Shown piece after piece: positions 58,732 to 64,000 of a stretch of 64,000 nt of DNA. A program made the translations under genes and the position numbers. The notes beneath the pieces are model-generated. The model did no database searches, was not told where the DNA came from, and saw only the letters and a program-made list of their open reading frames with translations. Origin of the DNA: a virus; IMG/VR virus record IMGVR_UViG_3300020733_000013, positions 1 to 64,000 of that record. One strand, 5' to 3'. Position 1 is the stretch's first letter. Every line of letters starts with the position of its first letter.

Positions 58732-59610
58732 ATGAACCTAAAAGAATTTGACGAATTTAAACTTGGGGATGCTGTACATTTCCATGACGAACTTAACCCT
58801 GCAATCTTCAACGGGGAACATATGAAGCCACAGGTTCGTGAACAATTATTAACTATTGCAGACGATTTTCTGTCACATTTGGGTATTGATAACCTAGACA
58901 TTGACGATATTACTATCAGCGGTAGTTCAGCAGCATATAGCTATACAAAGCATTCAGACATTGACCTACATATTCTTGTAGATATGAACAAGTTCAGTGA
59001 TGACGACATTTACCGTGAGTTATTTGACGCTAAAAAAGTCATATATAATGACCAACATGACATTAAAATCAATGGATTTGAAGTTGAATTGTATGTACAA
59101 GATACAAATCAGCCCGTAATTAGTTTGGGTGAATATAGTGTATTAAACGACAAATGGATCAAATTGCCACGTAAACGCAGGGCGCATTTTGACCAAGCAG
59201 CTACACAATTAAAATATAGAAAACTTTATAAATTAGCAGAGTTTGCTTACAAGTCTAACAACGTTCACAAAATTGAAAACGTGTTAAGAACCATTAAAAA
59301 ATATCGTCAAGCTGGATTAGATAAAGCCGGTGAGTTCAGCCCAGAAAACTTAGCATATAAAGCACTACGTACAAACAAAGTGATTGACAAGTTGTATAAA
59401 AAGGTTGATGAACTACACAGCAAAGAATTAAGTATCCCTGAAGATATGTATGAATGTTCAGGATATATACCAAGCGAAAAAGAAAAGAATGATCCTCGTT
59501 TTAGTCGTGCGTTAAGTGTAGATGTAGGACCTAATGCGATTAAGAAAAATGCAAAAGCGTTTGGGTTTAAGGTTAGTAGAGCGGGTATTCCCCCGTTGTT
59601 AAGGAAATAA
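58732..59610 (+). CDS. Pol-beta superfamily nucleotidyltransferase
   Basis: ISGS...SDIDLH...VELYVQ; GEFSPENLAYK.LR. Confidence 0.8.
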   Translation: MNLKEFDEFKLGDAVHFHDELNPAIFNGEHMKPQVREQLLTIADDFLSHLGIDNLDIDDITISGSSAAYSYTKHSDIDLHILVDMNKFSDDDIYRELFDAKKVIYNDQHDIKINGFEVELYVQDTNQPVISLGEYSVLNDKWIKLPRKRRAHFDQAATQLKYRKLYKLAEFAYKSNNVHKIENVLRTIKKYRQAGLDKAGEFSPENLAYKALRTNKVIDKLYKKVDELHSKELSIPEDMYECSGYIPSEKEKNDPRFSRALSVDVGPNAIKKNAKAFGFKVSRAGIPPLLRK

Positions 59611-59613
59611 AGA

Positions 59614-62600
59614 ATGGCAATATATAATAAGAATCCGCCAGCAGTTGATGCATCAGCAGCCCCAGAATTGAGTGGTGTAGTTCATCACGTTAATCCTCCT
59701 ACCGAGCTAGTTAGCAATCGTATTGACACAACATACCTAGATAGAACAACAGAAATTATCAATAATCCGGGTGGGAATAATAATCAAATACAATATGCTT
59801 ATGGTGGACAGTTCAAGGGTGATAATGGTTTTGTATTTGATCCAAACACCAAGTCAGTATATCTACGTGGTAACTTAAACTTAGGTGGATACTTAAAGGG
59901 TAAAATCTATACTAACCCATTTAACTTTCATTTGACAGGTGGTGTTGCTGATTCTGTATTGACAACCGATGGCACTGGAAACTTGTCATGGGGTAACGTA
60001 CAGACTATTCTAAATTATGGCAACGCAAACGTTGCATCATACTTAGCAAGTTATAGTGGTAACTCAACTGCCAATAATTCTCAGATAAACAATTTATCAA
60101 TAACAAATAGTTTATCAATCAATGGTGGCGGCACACTATCATTAGATGTTAGCCAACTACAATTAGCAGGTGGAACAAACGGACAATATCTAAAAACATA
60201 TGGTAATGGTACCGTTGCTTGGTCAACCGATATTGATTTAGAACAAACTAATGTAACATTAACTGGATCAACTATCTCATTAGATAGTGCAGGTAATAGT
60301 GGTGTTTGGGGTGGAAGTATCCCTAATGCAAATGTAATAGGTGGATTTGTAAACAATGATGGTTCCAATAACGCATTAATGACATTTAGCACCAATGGTT
60401 CAAATGTAATGTCTATTAACGTAGATGGTAGTATTTTTGCGGGAGGGGCATTTGATACATTAGATAATTTAGACTCGGCAAGTAGTGGTTGGGTCGTTGC
60501 AGGTAATGGTCTTGCACTAACTAATAATGGAAGCAGAATCAAGTTCCATGACGGTACTACACAATATACAGCATATCCAGGTGTTGATGCAGTTATCAGT
60601 GAGAGTGATCCTGGCTTAGGCGATGGGCGTGTTTGGTTTAACAGTGTTGAAGGTCGTGCTTTTATAAAGTATAGTGGACAGTGGGTAGATATGAACCCAC
60701 AAATTGCACCTAATCCTGATTTAAATGCAAACTCAATTACATTTGAAGACGGTAGTGTATTAACTACGGGTAATATTCAGGGTAGTTCTTATAGTAATAG
60801 CAACGTAGCAAGTTATTTACCAACGTACACTGGTAATATTTCTGCAAACAATGTATTGTTATCAAGTACATTAGTTACTAGTTCAATTCAAGGTAATACG
60901 GGTCTTGTTATCAATTCAACTGATACAATGAACATGTTGGTTAATAATGTGAGTGGTATCGAAGTGACCGGTGGCTCAGTTGGTATATATGCTCAAAATA
61001 TATTGTCGTTACAATTCGATGGAGCCAACGCAGATTTTAGAAATCAACATGTTAATAATGTCAACTCACTTAATGTAAATGGAAACATTACAGGAAACTA
61101 CATTATTGGTAATGGTAGTCAACTAACAGATATAATTACATCTAATTTAACAAACACTACTCAAACGTTTGTACTTAACAATGATGGGTCGTTTGGTGTA
61201 AAAGATAGTGGTAGTGCGACTAACTTCAACCTTGACCAAACAACACCTAATATTGATTTAAGAACAAGTCATGGTACTGGTTTCTTTACATCAGCTTCTA
61301 CTATTACATTTAGAACCAATGGAGTTAAAAATTGGATTTTTGACGGTAGTGGTAACTTAAGTACTCAAGGTAGTATTAATCTTGGCGCAACACATGGTAA
61401 CATTGTTGTAGGTGATGCAACTCCTACAGGTTCGCCCGGCTTAAGTGCGTCTAGCAGTCTAACACTTACTGCAAACAGAGAAGGAACATCTACATGGATG
61501 GTCTTTGGTGCTGACGGTAACTTATCTTTACCCGGCAATTTGTCTTATGTTGGATCTGATTCTGCAAATATCATTGGATTTAACTCAGCTAATTTTGCAG
61601 GTAATTTAAGTGCTTCTAATATATATACCAACAACTATTATCTAGCTAACGGTGATCCATTACCGTTAGTATCAGGATCAAGTAATGTTACAACGACTGG
61701 TAATGTTACTGCAGGTAATGTAATTGCAGGTAACTTCAGTGGTAATGGTAGTCAATTGACACATATCAGTGGTGCAAACGTTGTTGGCACAGTAGCTAAT
61801 GCAAACTATGCTGTTTATTCAGGTACTGCTTATAGTGTGTCAGGAAGTAATGTCTCTGGTACAGTCGCTTTAGCAAGTCATGCCACTGTTGCTGATTCAG
61901 CAAATAGTGTATCAGGAAGCAATGTATCTGGTCCAGTAGCATTCGCAACAGTTGCTAATAGTGTAGCCGCTGCTAACGTATCTGGATTAGGTAACGTATC
62001 ATTAATTAATAAAGACGGTAATGCGAGCAATGTATTATATGGAAATGGTGTATTTGCTGCACCTGCACCAAGCTCTAGTTATAGTAACAGCAATGTAACA
62101 ACACTATTATCAAGTTTTGGTAGCAACACACTAGTAACAACAGGTAACGTAACCGCAGGATATTTCATTGGTAACGGTAGTCAATTAACTGGATTACCTG
62201 CAAGTTACGCAAATAGCAATGTTGCAACATACTTACCAACTTATACAGGTACATTACCAAACGTAGGGTCTATAACTGCTAATGGTGCTATTACTTCAAA
62301 TAATACAATCACTGGCGCTAATATAATTGCTAACGGAAATGTTACTGTCAACACACTATTGTTATATGGATCAAATGCTACACTATCCACTACAAATGGT
62401 AGTTCTGTACAGTTTGCTGGCAGAGTCAACTTTAACAATACTGGAACAAGTTTTGTTGCTAGCGGAAACGCCAACGTAAACGGTAGTTTAATAGTTGGAT
62501 CTAGTGTATCACTAAGCGGTAATCTTACATTGACTAATTCAGGATATATTACAACTACTAGCGGAACAAATGGTAACGTAAACATTGATCCTGATGGTAC

Positions 62601-63174
62601 AGGTAACGTAAACGTAACCGGTAATGTAATTATTAGCGGCTCAGTGACTGGTGGTGGAATTAGACAAACTACTGCAACATCAGCACCAAGTAGTCCTACT
62701 GTCGGCGACCAATGGTACAATAGTTCAACTGATGTATTGTATCAATATGTTAATGATGGTGTAAGTAGTTATTGGTTAGACATTGCAGGTCCAGGATACA
62801 GTAATCCACAAACCATTACCAAAGTATCTAATTTTGTAAATGCAGGTACATTTGTCACACTAGACAATATCAAAGCTACAGTAACAACAAGTGGTAATCG
62901 TGGATTAAGTTTATCCGGAGTATCGAGTTCGTTTACTGCTACAATAGGTGCTACTTATGCTGTAAGCGGTGGCACAGGTGGCTCAAGCACCAATGGTACA
63001 ACATCTATCACTACCACTCCTTCAACTGCTGCCTTTGGTTGGAACTTTACAGGTAATGGTGATATATCAACATACATTGTCACTGACACAACAAATAATA
63101 GAGCCTATCGCATTACATTGCAAATAGGCGGTGGCTACAACAATAACATGATTACAATTGAGAGGTTAATCTAA
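59614..63174 (+). CDS. Tail fibre protein
   Basis: Repeats YSNSNVASYLPTY, GNGSQLT, LTTDGTGNLSW, APSSPTVGDQWY. Confidence 0.78.
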   Translation: MAIYNKNPPAVDASAAPELSGVVHHVNPPTELVSNRIDTTYLDRTTEIINNPGGNNNQIQYAYGGQFKGDNGFVFDPNTKSVYLRGNLNLGGYLKGKIYTNPFNFHLTGGVADSVLTTDGTGNLSWGNVQTILNYGNANVASYLASYSGNSTANNSQINNLSITNSLSINGGGTLSLDVSQLQLAGGTNGQYLKTYGNGTVAWSTDIDLEQTNVTLTGSTISLDSAGNSGVWGGSIPNANVIGGFVNNDGSNNALMTFSTNGSNVMSINVDGSIFAGGAFDTLDNLDSASSGWVVAGNGLALTNNGSRIKFHDGTTQYTAYPGVDAVISESDPGLGDGRVWFNSVEGRAFIKYSGQWVDMNPQIAPNPDLNANSITFEDGSVLTTGNIQGSSYSNSNVASYLPTYTGNISANNVLLSSTLVTSSIQGNTGLVINSTDTMNMLVNNVSGIEVTGGSVGIYAQNILSLQFDGANADFRNQHVNNVNSLNVNGNITGNYIIGNGSQLTDIITSNLTNTTQTFVLNNDGSFGVKDSGSATNFNLDQTTPNIDLRTSHGTGFFTSASTITFRTNGVKNWIFDGSGNLSTQGSINLGATHGNIVVGDATPTGSPGLSASSSLTLTANREGTSTWMVFGADGNLSLPGNLSYVGSDSANIIGFNSANFAGNLSASNIYTNNYYLANGDPLPLVSGSSNVTTTGNVTAGNVIAGNFSGNGSQLTHISGANVVGTVANANYAVYSGTAYSVSGSNVSGTVALASHATVADSANSVSGSNVSGPVAFATVANSVAAANVSGLGNVSLINKDGNASNVLYGNGVFAAPAPSSSYSNSNVTTLLSSFGSNTLVTTGNVTAGYFIGNGSQLTGLPASYANSNVATYLPTYTGTLPNVGSITANGAITSNNTITGANIIANGNVTVNTLLLYGSNATLSTTNGSSVQFAGRVNFNNTGTSFVASGNANVNGSLIVGSSVSLSGNLTLTNSGYITTTSGTNGNVNIDPDGTGNVNVTGNVIISGSVTGGGIRQTTATSAPSSPTVGDQWYNSSTDVLYQYVNDGVSSYWLDIAGPGYSNPQTITKVSNFVNAGTFVTLDNIKATVTTSGNRGLSLSGVSSSFTATIGATYAVSGGTGGSSTNGTTSITTTPSTAAFGWNFTGNGDISTYIVTDTTNNRAYRITLQIGGGYNNNMITIERLI

Positions 63175-64000
63175 TGAGTTTTCCAGCAAGTCCAACAAAT
63201 GGGCAATTAGTAACAATTAACAATATCACTTATCAGTGGAATAGTACTAGTAATACTTGGACTCGTTCAAGCCCCACAACCGGGTACTTATCAGATTATA
63301 TTCAAGTAGTTGATTCTACTGATAACAGTGGTATGACTACAAATAGTGTCATGGTCTTTGATACTGTATTAAGTGGTTCAGGCATACCATATAATACAAG
63401 CACAGGTGTGTTTACATTAACCGGTGGCAAAACTTATGAATTGTATGCAAGTCTTAACTGGTCAGGTTTTAGTGACGCATCAGGTGGATGGATGGCATAT
63501 CAATGGGTAGATGCAACTGCAGGTACTGGGCTAATACCTAACAACGGTGCTATTGCACTAGCAGAACCTATCAATCGCAACACTAACGAAACTATTCAAC
63601 CCGGTGTAAAGGTACTTTATACACCTACAACAAATCAAACAGTTAAACTTATGGTAACTGGGTCTAGTGGCACTGCTACTACTCGTGGTAACTTTGGTTG
63701 TTACGCAACCATAATGCAAATTGGCGGTAGCAGTTTAATGTCTAATGTTACTATCGGCGGTGGAGCTGCTAGTACAAGCACAACTACAGGTGCAGTGATT
63801 GTTAACGGTGGCGCAGGTATATCAGGCAATACAAACATTGGTGGTAATATTATCACAGTCGGTACAATCACATCTGTTGGTAATGTAAACAGTACTGCGT
63901 TTGCTGTAGGCAACGGAGCTGTTGGAAATGTTGCATTAGGATTTTTCCCAACAGCAGGAACAGCAGCAATGATGGCTATTCGTGATTATTCTACTGTTAA
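63174..64000 (+). CDS. Partial tail fibre-like protein running off the window
   Basis: TAATG coupling; MSFPASPTNGQ..TYQW..; STSTTTGAVIVNGGAGI repeat. Confidence 0.7.
   Translation, partial: MSFPASPTNGQLVTINNITYQWNSTSNTWTRSSPTTGYLSDYIQVVDSTDNSGMTTNSVMVFDTVLSGSGIPYNTSTGVFTLTGGKTYELYASLNWSGFSDASGGWMAYQWVDATAGTGLIPNNGAIALAEPINRNTNETIQPGVKVLYTPTTNQTVKLMVTGSSGTATTRGNFGCYATIMQIGGSSLMSNVTIGGGAASTSTTTGAVIVNGGAGISGNTNIGGNIITVGTITSVGNVNSTAFAVGNGAVGNVALGFFPTAGTAAMMAIRDYSTV

Noticed and set aside
1-64000. Stop-codon reassignment (TAG is very rare as a stop; the one noticed is at 43914)
   Set aside because: Genes are intact and densely packed under the standard code, with no fragmentation at TAG or TGA.
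59614-64000. Diversity-generating retroelement or invertible fibre cassette
   Set aside because: No reverse transcriptase, recombinase, adenine-specific TR/VR pair or inverted repeats were seen in the window.

Overview
This is a 64-kb AT-rich, gene-dense segment of a large T4-related myophage (jumbo-phage-like). No host, rRNA, tRNA or CRISPR sequence was recognised. It contains contractile-tail and head-completion genes (sheath, tube, gp13/14/15/4/16-like, several long fibre proteins). Replication genes include a primase, a DnaB-like helicase, a clamp loader, exonucleases, a dNMP kinase and a minimal DnaE-like polymerase split into two genes 40 kb apart. Lysis genes (GH19 endolysin, 3TM holin), chaperones (GroES, DnaJ, ClpA-like), PhoH, MazG and NUDIX are also present. 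Two promoter classes are visible: sigma70-type (TTGnnn-17-TAnAAT) and T4-late-like (nATAAATA). The most notable observations are: (i) modular polyproteins whose enzyme domains (NTase, ligase-like, HIGH-NTase and RelA/SpoT-type HD in one; GNAT-GNAT-ParB in another) are separated by prohead-protease-like hydrophobic-x-E sites, suggesting a capsid-packaged, injected counter-defence toolkit; (ii) a small ORF carrying a major-capsid 'Gol'-like segment fused to another domain; (iii) the split mini-DnaE; (iv) a ~500-nt structured non-coding region; (v) an FG-repeat holin; (vi) repeat-bounded mini-gene cassettes. All calls come from motif recognition by eye, with no database searches.
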